Shown here one piece after another: positions 40,154 to 47,293 of a DNA stretch of 64,000 bases. This DNA is from Gemmatimonadota bacterium (GTDB lineage: Bacteria; Gemmatimonadota; Gemmatimonadetes; Gemmatimonadales; GWC2-71-9), in NCBI GenBank assembly GCA_036679645.1, contig JAZDCY010000033.1, forward strand, positions 13,700-77,699, read 5' to 3'. The number at the start of each line of letters is the position of its first letter. Position 1 is the stretch's first letter. Below the pieces are notes generated by a model that saw only the letters and a program-made list of their open reading frames with translations, searched no databases and was not told where the DNA came from. Both the position numbers and the translations under genes were made by a program.

Positions 40154-40851
40154 GCTGCACCTCCTTCGACGACGATGGTGCAGCGCAGCGACGCCGCAAG
40201 CTCGTATCCAATGACCTGCTGTATCCCTTCGCGCACGCAGATCGTAACAGGGCCCCGGAAGGGTTTCCGCTCGATCACCTCGAACTCCGCGCCCAGAACC
40301 AACCCGAGTGACGCGATATAGCGCAGTCGCTCCGGATCCTTGTCACTCACCATGCGGAACTCGGCGCACAGGCCGGGGTCGATCTCCGTGAGCGGCACAT
40401 GCGCGGTCTCCTCGATCTCGCCCGATCGGCTGGGAATGGGCGCACCGTGCGGATCGTGCTGCGGATCGCCGAGAACGCGGACCATGCGTTCGATCAACTC
40501 GTCCGAGACTGCATGCTCCAAGCGTTCCGCCTCTTCGTGGACGGAGTCCCAATCGTATCCGAGTTGCGAGGTCAGATAGGACTCGAGCACGCGGTGACGC
40601 CGCACAATGCGCAGCGCGGCTGTGCGTCCCGGCAACGTCAATTGGACGCCACGGTAGGGGACATGCTCCAGCAATCGCGCCTCGGCCAGGCGCTTGAGCA
40701 TGCCGGAGACCGACGCGGGCGCGACCTCGAGCGCCTCCGCGATCGCACTCGTCTGCACGGGGCCACCTTCGGCCCCGAGGGCGTAGATCGCCTTGAGGTA
40801 GTCCTCGGTCGATCGCGACAGACCGGCTGGAGCTGCTGCAGCTGCACCCAT
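40150..40851 (-). CDS. mntR: DtxR/MntR metal-dependent regulator with FeoA domain
   Basis: EDYLKAIY, RRHR..E, EAERLEH, DPHG.PIP. Confidence 0.92.
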   Translation of the reverse strand: MGAAAAAPAGLSRSTEDYLKAIYALGAEGGPVQTSAIAEALEVAPASVSGMLKRLAEARLLEHVPYRGVQLTLPGRTAALRIVRRHRVLESYLTSQLGYDWDSVHEEAERLEHAVSDELIERMVRVLGDPQHDPHGAPIPSRSGEIEETAHVPLTEIDPGLCAEFRMVSDKDPERLRYIASLGLVLGAEFEVIERKPFRGPVTICVREGIQQVIGYELAASLRCTIVVEGGAA

Positions 40852-40873
40852 GACACATCCGTCCCGGGAGAAA

Positions 40874-40887
40874 TTAGGTAAGACTAA
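40874..40887. promoter_or_regulatory. DtxR/MntR-type operator
   Basis: TTAGGTAAGACTAA palindrome just upstream of mntR. Confidence 0.7.
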
Positions 40888-40928
40888 AAATGTTTCGTGA
40901 CGTGCCGAAAAGCAAGGGAATTATGTAC

Positions 40929-40957
40929 TTGACGTAAACCGTTGGTAGTGTTATATT
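40929..40957 (+). promoter_or_regulatory. Sigma70 promoter in the left end (transposase)
   Basis: TTGACG-17-TATATT. Confidence 0.7.
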
Positions 40958-40986
40958 TCGTCAGGTAAAAAGATAGGAACCTGACG

Positions 40987-41982
40987 ATGACCCGCATAGC
41001 CGGAGACAAGGACCCCATAACTACCGCCCTCCCAAAGGCTTGCGTTGACGAGCGGATGGCGATGGACTTCCTAGAGACCCTGATCTGGGGCTACGAGCCC
41101 GCCTGCCCCCGCTGTGGCGATCTGGACGTGTACCCGATGAAGGAACGCAAGACCGGGGAACGTCAGGCCAACGGGCGTTGGCGCTGTCGGGGCTGCAAGC
41201 AGCAGTACACGGTGCGGACGGGCACCATCATGGAGGACTCTCGCATCCCGCTCAAGTATTGGTGTTTTGCGTTCTGGCGGGCGTGCAGCTCGAAGAAGGG
41301 CGTGAGCGCCCTCCAGATCAAACGCGAGACTGGCTTGAGCTACAAGAGCGCCTTGTTCCTGATGCACCGGATTCGCTACGCGATGAGTGGCGGCCCCGAC
41401 CGTCCGTTGCGGGGGACCGTGGAGGTAGATGAGACCTACGTGGGCGGGAAGCCCCGTCGCCACACGCGGAAGCAGAACCGCCGCCCCGGCGAGAACCCAA
41501 ACGTCCAGGGCCGCGCCCCGGACTTCCAGGATCGCAAGACGCCCGTAGTCGCCTTGGTCGAGCGAGGCGGGCCCGCGAAGGCGATCTCGCCAGGGGACGA
41601 ACACGTCACCGGCAAGAACCTCAAGCGGATCATGAGAGAAACCGTGGACCCGTCAGCGACGATCATGACGGACGAGTCCGGCGTCTATCGCGGGATCGGT
41701 CGCCACTTCGAGGGCGGACATTACACCGTCCGGCACTCGATCGGCGAGTACGTCCGGGGCGACGTGACCACCAACACGGTCGAGGGGTTCTTCTCACTCT
41801 TGAAGCGGGGTGTTGTTGGGACGTTTCACCACCTCAGTCGGAAGCACCTGGGGCGGTACGTCAGCGAGTTCGAGTTTAGGTACAACCATCGCAAGGTGAG
41901 TGACGGGGTGCGGACGGTGGCGGCGATCCGGGCGGGGATGAAGAAGCGGCTCACTTACGCCGACCATCTAGCGAGTGTATGA
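40987..41982 (+). CDS. IS1595 (ISXO2-like) DDE transposase
   Basis: Zn ribbon CPRC/CRGC; VEVDETYVGG, IMTDE, TNTVEG, EF.FRYN. Confidence 0.95.
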   Translation: MTRIAGDKDPITTALPKACVDERMAMDFLETLIWGYEPACPRCGDLDVYPMKERKTGERQANGRWRCRGCKQQYTVRTGTIMEDSRIPLKYWCFAFWRACSSKKGVSALQIKRETGLSYKSALFLMHRIRYAMSGGPDRPLRGTVEVDETYVGGKPRRHTRKQNRRPGENPNVQGRAPDFQDRKTPVVALVERGGPAKAISPGDEHVTGKNLKRIMRETVDPSATIMTDESGVYRGIGRHFEGGHYTVRHSIGEYVRGDVTTNTVEGFFSLLKRGVVGTFHHLSRKHLGRYVSEFEFRYNHRKVSDGVRTVAAIRAGMKKRLTYADHLASV

Positions 41983-42014
41983 ACAGTGGAGAACGAGACC
42001 TAGCGGAGGGACCT

Positions 42015-42260
42015 ATGGCGGAGAAGCCGAACGGGGAGAGCATCCGGTTGCGCGAGCAGATCATCGAGGATGAGGTCTCCGGTTTGACGATCCAGATCGA
42101 GCGTACCCCGAATGGCGAGGGGCGGGTCCGGCTGTTCGGCAACATCCCGTTCCGTCATCGCGATTTCGCCTTTGATCGCGACGGGAGATTGGTGGGAACG
42201 GGAACTGGCACATGTTCAACATGTGCCAGCCCCACGTCATGGTTGAAGGTGGTGGACTAG
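42015..42260 (+). CDS. Hypothetical passenger protein
   Basis: GGAGGGG RBS; an in-frame ATG at 41979 overlaps the transposase stop; C-terminal CSTC. Confidence 0.6.
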   Translation: MAEKPNGESIRLREQIIEDEVSGLTIQIERTPNGEGRVRLFGNIPFRHRDFAFDRDGRLVGTGTGTCSTCASPTSWLKVVD

Positions 42261-42556
42261 GGCGTCACGTCGTTGCACGCTGGCAACCGACCGTGACCGT
42301 TGTAGTACTCTTGTAGAAGCTCTCGCTCGCGCCCGAGTGGGGCGGCGTTCACTTCCGTCTTGAAGAATTGGGCTCGCTGTGTGCACGGGCCCTCGTTCCC
42401 CGCGTAGTGACTACGGAGGCGATCACGAATACTGATCGTCGAACTGCCGTAGTAGATGATGTCGGGCATCGTATCGAGCTGATAGACGCCCGGTTGTGCC
42501 GGTGCGCCTTCTATGCGCTCCGGAGTGAAACTCTGGTAATCGCCTTGAATCGGCAT
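42257..42556 (-). CDS. Small standalone GIY-YIG nuclease-like protein
   Basis: PGVY, IIYYG, IRDRL..H, RERELL, P.CN; GGGAGG RBS. Confidence 0.8.
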   Translation of the reverse strand: MPIQGDYQSFTPERIEGAPAQPGVYQLDTMPDIIYYGSSTISIRDRLRSHYAGNEGPCTQRAQFFKTEVNAAPLGRERELLQEYYNGHGRLPACNDVTP

Positions 42557-42598
42557 AAGCCGGATCCTCCCTTGGTGACATTTTTCACATTGTCAGAA

Positions 42599-42639
42599 GG
42601 GGGACTCGCCCATATATTAGTCAGCTTGGCGAGTCCCCC
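42599..42639 (-). terminator. Strong hairpin directly after the tRNA CCA
   Basis: gggggactcgcc / ggcgagtccccc; only a weak U tract. Confidence 0.55.
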
Positions 42640-42744
42640 TGGTGCGCCTGACGGGACTCGAACCCGCACGGGGTGTATCAGCCTACACAGCGGCACCCCA
42701 CTGGCTCCCAAGGCCAGCGTGTCTACCGGTTCCACCACAGACGC
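42640..42744 (-). tRNA. Atypical tRNA: Leu-type body, TGG (Pro) anticodon, very long variable arm
   Basis: GCGTCTG/CAGGCGC, A73, encoded CCA; D arm GTGGAACCGGTAGACAC; CTGGC-CTTGGGA-GCCAG; T arm GCGGG-TTCGAGT-CCCGT. Confidence 0.85.
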
Positions 42745-42795
42745 GAGCGGGGATGGCCGGAGGGCCCGAAGGCCCCCGGCCGCTAGGTCAGGGGG

Positions 42796-42807
42796 TTATG
42801 GCGGCAT
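42796..42807 (-). CDS. Candidate minigene Met-Pro-Pro-stop
   Basis: GAGGAGG-6 nt-ATG CCG CCA TAA. Confidence 0.55.
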   Translation of the reverse strand: MPP

Positions 42808-42894
42808 GGCAGACCTCCTCATGTATCGGCGGCGGTTTCGGAGCGATCTTGCCAAAGAAGATCCGAGACCGCCGCCTCGTTATTGGGGTTAGAA

Positions 42895-43323
42895 CTAGAA
42901 CGGAACGTCCTTCGGTTGATCGTCCTCGGCGCTCCACTCTGCTAGCCCATACCAGCCCCGTTTCGGGCTGCTAAAAACATCATCACGTCGCCTTAACGCA
43001 GACACAAGCGAACCCCTGATCTTGTCTGCGGCCTCGTCCGCTCGATACCCACGTCGTTGCATCTCCGCGATCAACCCTTGAATACGAACAATTTTCCCAA
43101 GTTCCTTGAGAACGGTCTGCGCTTGGCTGACGAGTTCACTTGACCGCGCCCGCCGCCGTTTCGGCGTCCCGTTAGTGCTCGGCATATCGTCGCCAAAAAG
43201 CTCTATGTGTTGCTCAAGCCCGGCGATCAGAGTTAGTATAGATTTGCGCCTTCGATCAATCTGGGTCAGTTCCCGTTTGAGGCGCTTAAGAGTCACGCGG
43301 TAGCTTTTTGTGTGATCCGTCAT
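42895..43323 (-). CDS. Coiled-coil plus winged-helix (HARE-HTH-like) protein
   Basis: N-terminal coiled coil; C-terminal ..F....RGWYGL.EW; TTGATC-16-TATCTT just upstream suggests a leaderless start. Confidence 0.7.
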   Translation of the reverse strand: MTDHTKSYRVTLKRLKRELTQIDRRRKSILTLIAGLEQHIELFGDDMPSTNGTPKRRRARSSELVSQAQTVLKELGKIVRIQGLIAEMQRRGYRADEAADKIRGSLVSALRRRDDVFSSPKRGWYGLAEWSAEDDQPKDVPF

Positions 43324-43345
43324 GCTCAGCAAGATAGCGAGTAAT

Positions 43346-43534
43346 ATGTCAGGATCAAGCGCCACAAACGGACCCGGAGAAGCCGCTGCCAATAAGGACG
43401 AGCGCCCAGGTCCTGACCCTGAGCGGCTCAAAGTCGAGGGGAACTGGAAGGACGCCCTCAGACGGGCTCTCCGAAAGAAGAAGCCAGCGGAGGGATGGCC
43501 GGGAAAAACCGCGAAAAACAAAGGGGCCCCTTAG
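43346..43534 (+). CDS. Small basic hypothetical protein
   Basis: PGPDPERLKVEGNWKDALRRALRKKKPAEGWP; followed by a ggggcccc/ggggcccc hairpin. Confidence 0.6.
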   Translation: MSGSSATNGPGEAAANKDERPGPDPERLKVEGNWKDALRRALRKKKPAEGWPGKTAKNKGAP

Positions 43535-43647
43535 TCGGGGGCCCCAAGAACTACATCAGCTTGCCAAGCCTTAGGAAGGTAGGACCTTCCCCATCTGATA
43601 GCAAGACCATTCGGTGTATCTTCTATTGACAAGCACGGCAGCAGGTG

Positions 43648-43720
43648 GGTGACGAACCGGACTTGAACCGGTTACTTCAGCTTGGCAAGCCGATGTGTTA
43701 CCAGTTACACTACCGCCACC
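43648..43720 (-). tRNA. Atypical tRNA: His-type acceptor (G-1:C73), GCC (Gly) anticodon
   Basis: G-GTGGCGG/TCGTCAC-C; D arm GTGT-AACTGGTA-ACAC; TCGGC-TTGCCAA-GCTGA; T arm ACCGG-TTCAAGT-CCGGT; CCA not encoded. Confidence 0.8.
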
Positions 43721-44010
43721 ACGACGGTTGCCGTACCTCTTCTGGATGCCAACCAAGCGGCGACCGCCTCACCTGTTACTGCCACAAACAATCTACTCGG
43801 GTGGAGCCCTTACTGCAACAACTGCCTGGACCGGCCCCCAGCCTAATCCTACCGAGGGGTGGCCGGGCCCTCGAAATAGAGAGGGGCCGGGCGTTTATCC
43901 CGGCCCCCAGCCCGATTAGTTGGCTAACTGCCCTGCCAGTCGATTATGCTGGCTGACCGACTTCGAGTAAAGCCGATCTAGTTCCTCCGGAGCCAGCGGA
44001 CCGGCCCGCA
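43721..44010 (-). ncRNA. Candidate structured non-coding RNA or tRNA leader
   Basis: No convincing ORF; several GC-rich hairpins; lies downstream of an inward promoter. Confidence 0.4.
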
Positions 44011-44015
44011 CTCCC

Positions 44016-44043
44016 AAGATAACGCCTCACCGCATTTACTCAA
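44016..44043 (-). promoter_or_regulatory. Inward-facing sigma70-like promoter in the right end
   Basis: TTGAGT-16-TATCTT, mirroring the left-end promoter. Confidence 0.5.
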
Positions 44044-44071
44044 GTACACAATTCCCAAAAGCAAGAGCAGG

Positions 44072-44653
44072 TCAGATGCTGCGGAGTAACTCCATGAACG
44101 GAGCGAGGATACGCTCGGTCATCCCCCAAATCAGGTGGGCGCCAACACGGTACCCGGACACGACGAGATCCTGCCCGCGCACGCATACGGTCTCGGTCAC
44201 ACGCGACTCCTCTAGTTCGTCCAGTCCGGCCCAGACGTGCAGCGCGACCTCAGGGCAGGACTGCACGGCGGGCGGACTCGAGAGGCCGAAGACGAAGGGA
44301 CGGACGACGATCTGGGGAAGATGGGGGCTGACCGGGCTGAGATCGCCCAGCTGACCGAGGTAATCAGCGCGCGACAAATCGAGTCCGGTTTCCTCCCGGG
44401 CCTCACGAGCTACGGTGGCGAGAAGATCGGCGTCCGCGGGGTCTCGTCTGCCGCCGGGTAGCGCCATCTGCCCCGACCAGGGATCTCCAAGACGCTCTGT
44501 GCGTTTAATAAAGAGAGCCCGCAAGCCGGCATCGTCGGACGGCACGAGCATGAGCGCAACCGCAGCCTCGCGTAGATCTGGCGTGATTGGGACTTGGCGA
44601 GGCGGCGATACCGACAGCCGGTCACGTATCGCCTCAAATGTGATATTGGTCAC
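44072..44653 (-). CDS. CoA pyrophosphatase (Nudix)
   Basis: AAV.L, SGQMALPGG, REAREETG, IWGMT. Confidence 0.92.
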   Translation of the reverse strand: MTNITFEAIRDRLSVSPPRQVPITPDLREAAVALMLVPSDDAGLRALFIKRTERLGDPWSGQMALPGGRRDPADADLLATVAREAREETGLDLSRADYLGQLGDLSPVSPHLPQIVVRPFVFGLSSPPAVQSCPEVALHVWAGLDELEESRVTETVCVRGQDLVVSGYRVGAHLIWGMTERILAPFMELLRSI

Positions 44654-44735
44654 AGTTTTTCCAAAAAGGGCATACCTCTTGCGGCCTCCTTTATCTTGGG
44701 TGCGGAAAGACGGCAACCTTTACCGGGAGGTTCCT

Positions 44736-44882
44736 ATTCGCAGCTTTCGTGTTGGACTCTTGGCCATCGCCGCTGTAACGGCCGCGAGTCTCTGGCTGCG
44801 TCGCCGGCGCCCTGCGCTCGCCGCGGCTGGATTGAGCGGTCGGACACCTCAGGTGGCAGACCTGCGCGAAGCGGGTCTCTAG
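44736..44882 (+). CDS. Possible small membrane protein with an ATT start
   Basis: GGGAGG-5 nt-ATT, one TM helix plus RRRR, followed by a terminator-like hairpin. Confidence 0.4.
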   Translation: MRSFRVGLLAIAAVTAASLWLRRRRPALAAAGLSGRTPQVADLREAGL

Positions 44883-44964
44883 CGTCCGGGCGGCCTCATG
44901 CGGGGCCGCCTTCGTTTTCTACCCCACCCCGAGCCAGCAGCGCCCGGGGAGGCCATTCGTTTTC

Positions 44965-45816
44965 TCACCCAAAAAGGTGTTTCACGAACCAGTTCACAGT
45001 TGCATCTATCGCGCGGTCCAACTCCGGCGTACTTCCGGCCCAAGGATGCCGGGCGCCGAATGTATGGCTGCCGTGAGCGATCGTGAGCAGTTCAGCAACC
45101 CGCGCGCCCGCGCCGGCAAGTTTGTTGGCCTCGGCAAGGGGAACCACCTCGTCTCCCTCTCCGTGCACGATGAGCCACGGCATCTCCAGTCGCTCAGCCG
45201 CGCCAGGGATGTCGAAACACCCCTCGCGGTCCCCATCGAGTTCGTCGAGCAGGTCGCGGTACAGGGGAAGTACCTCACCAGTCCGCGCGTTCTCGACGTC
45301 CAGCTTCCCGCGCAATCGCCATTTCGCGATGGCCTTCATGTCCCAGCGCAGCGGCTTCGCTATGGCCGACCACGTGACCAACGCATCGATCCCGCGGTAC
45401 CGATCCGCGAACAGGATAGCCGTGCCGCCTCCGCGACTGTGCCCCAACACACCCAGCCGCGTCGGTGGCGCAAGATCGGGAGCGAGCGTGCCGGACCGCA
45501 ACGCGCTCACGACGGTATCGAGGTCAGCAAGGTCACCGGTGTAGGTCATGTGGCCGAAGCGCTCGGGCTCGGAGAAACTCTCGCCGTCCGGCCCCACACC
45601 ACTGCCGGAGAAGTTGAACGAGACAGCAACACACCCCGCGTGCGCGAGGCGGCTTGCGATGTGCGGAAAGAAGCCCCAGTCCTTGAAGCCCTTGAATCCG
45701 TGGCAGATGACCACGGCGGGACGTCCGCCGCCGTCGCTTGCGGCACGGATATCGCCACGCAGGGGGCCGCCGTCTGTGCCCCGCAACTCGAATCGGGTCA
45801 ATCGGGGTGTCGCCAC
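44965..45816 (-). CDS. Alpha/beta hydrolase
   Basis: HGFKGFKDWG, GHSRG, HGEGD, H.FG. Confidence 0.92.
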   Translation of the reverse strand: MATPRLTRFELRGTDGGPLRGDIRAASDGGGRPAVVICHGFKGFKDWGFFPHIASRLAHAGCVAVSFNFSGSGVGPDGESFSEPERFGHMTYTGDLADLDTVVSALRSGTLAPDLAPPTRLGVLGHSRGGGTAILFADRYRGIDALVTWSAIAKPLRWDMKAIAKWRLRGKLDVENARTGEVLPLYRDLLDELDGDREGCFDIPGAAERLEMPWLIVHGEGDEVVPLAEANKLAGAGARVAELLTIAHGSHTFGARHPWAGSTPELDRAIDATVNWFVKHLFG

Positions 45817-45897
45817 GATCGCTTTGACCTCAGTGGTTCGGGGTATCTAGATTCCCTAACCTGACCGCATCCTAAGGAGCCCGTCATACCTCTCACC

Positions 45898-46452
45898 ATG
45901 CGCCCATCGCAATCGACGCTCGTCGCGGTCGGTCGTGGACTGGCCGCCAGTCGCGACGAACTCGTCAAGTCCTGGACGCAGTGGACGCTGCGGCGGGTGG
46001 CCGCCGCGCAGACCATCAACGCGGCGACCCTCGAGCGGCAGATCGCGCTACTGGTCGACGTGCTCGTGGAGCTTGCCGGTCCGCTCCGTCGCCAGGCCAT
46101 GGATCTGTGGCTGGTCGCCTGCGAGGGCTACGGCCGTACCGCGGCCGAGCGCGGCCTGGCCGCCGGCGAGGTGGTAGAAGAGATCCAGCATCTGCGCGAG
46201 CTGTTGATCCGGCATCTCTCCGACGTAGTCGCGGCGTTACCCGCGCGCGCGTTGGTCGCCACGGTGCTTCGCCTCAATCGGTTGGTCGACAGGGGTATCG
46301 CACACGCGGTGGTGGGGTACACGGACGCGCTCGTCGAAATCTTCTTCAACCAACGCGGTGTGCCTGTGGGCACCAGCGGCCCTATCGAAGAGGAGACCGC
46401 CGCCCGTCTGAGCCAGTTGGAGGCCGAGCTCGAGAAGCTGCGCGAGGTGTAG
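45898..46452 (+). CDS. Helical hypothetical protein (RsbRD_N-like)
   Basis: YG..AAERGL..GEVVEEIQ.LR. Confidence 0.7.
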   Translation: MRPSQSTLVAVGRGLAASRDELVKSWTQWTLRRVAAAQTINAATLERQIALLVDVLVELAGPLRRQAMDLWLVACEGYGRTAAERGLAAGEVVEEIQHLRELLIRHLSDVVAALPARALVATVLRLNRLVDRGIAHAVVGYTDALVEIFFNQRGVPVGTSGPIEEETAARLSQLEAELEKLREV

Positions 46453-46458
46453 CGACCG

Positions 46459-47262
46459 CTAACCGGCGACCTCCTCACCACCATCACAGTTGATCACGTT
46501 CCCGGTAATCCAATCCGTGCCGCGATCGCACAGAGCCACGACGGCACGCGCCACGTCATCCGGCGTGGTCAGCCGGCCATGCGGATTCCGTTTGGCCGCT
46601 TCCTCGAACAGCTTGTCACTTCCGGGTATGCGAATCGCCGCCGGCGTGCGTGTCACGCCGCCGCGCAGCGCGTTCACCGTAATGCCCTTGTCACCCAACT
46701 CAACTGCAAGTTGGCGCGTGTGGGACTCGAGTGCACACTTTGCCGCCGACACCGCACCATACGATGAGATGACGCGCGTCGAGCCGGAGGAGGTCATTGC
46801 AAGGATCCTCCCGCCTTGTCCCATCAGTCCGCGGTGCACCAGATCCTGCGCCCAGTACACGAGGGAATGCCCCATGACATCGAGCGTCATGTCGATATTC
46901 TTTTTGCTCAGTACGTCGTCGCCGATGTACGGCTTGAGCGTGCCAAACGCGAGCGAGTGCATCAAGACGGCAATCGTGCCGCCATTCGCCTGAGTTTCCT
47001 CTGCGAGGGCGTCGCACACCTGAGTGCGCTTTACTTCATCGGCCGCATTGATATTGAAAAACAGCGTGCGCCGGCCGAGCCCTTCGATGTGCTGCTTGAT
47101 CTCATCGACGTGCTTGACCCCGGCCTTGCGGTCCAGATGGACGCCCGCTATGTCGTACCCTGCGGCGGCAAGCGCCCTCACGGTCGCTTCGCCGAATCCG
47201 CTCGACGCTCCAAGCACGAGGGCCCAGCGCGGCGTCGTCGTCTGTGCGTGCGCCAACCCCAA
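46459..47262 (-). CDS. SDR oxidoreductase, FabL-like enoyl-ACP reductase
   Basis: GASSGFG, Y..VS.AK, WITG..I..DGG. Confidence 0.88.
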   Translation of the reverse strand: MGLAHAQTTTPRWALVLGASSGFGEATVRALAAAGYDIAGVHLDRKAGVKHVDEIKQHIEGLGRRTLFFNINAADEVKRTQVCDALAEETQANGGTIAVLMHSLAFGTLKPYIGDDVLSKKNIDMTLDVMGHSLVYWAQDLVHRGLMGQGGRILAMTSSGSTRVISSYGAVSAAKCALESHTRQLAVELGDKGITVNALRGGVTRTPAAIRIPGSDKLFEEAAKRNPHGRLTTPDDVARAVVALCDRGTDWITGNVINCDGGEEVAG

Positions 47263-47293
47263 CCTCCGGTGAACGGTCCGCGGAAACTACCCC

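Larger units (their letters stand above)
40916..44056 (+). mobile_element. IS1595-family transposon with passenger genes and tRNA genes
   Basis: TIRs GGGAATTATGTACTTGA and GGGAATTGTGTACTTGA (16/17); TSD AAAAGCAA at 40908-40915 and 44057-44064. Confidence 0.95.

Noticed and set aside
42640..42744. tRNA-Sec, tmRNA or an att-site fragment
   Set aside because: It has a 7/5 acceptor/T layout, no TCA anticodon and no tag ORF; it is full length and lies inside TIR/TSD boundaries.
42368..42974. ORFs overlapping the UGG tRNA
   Set aside because: Shadow frames across a tRNA and hairpins, with no protein motifs.
42895..43521. 208-aa ORF as listed in the track
   Set aside because: The first 66 codons are antisense to the small plus-strand gene; the ATG at 43323 is the more plausible start.
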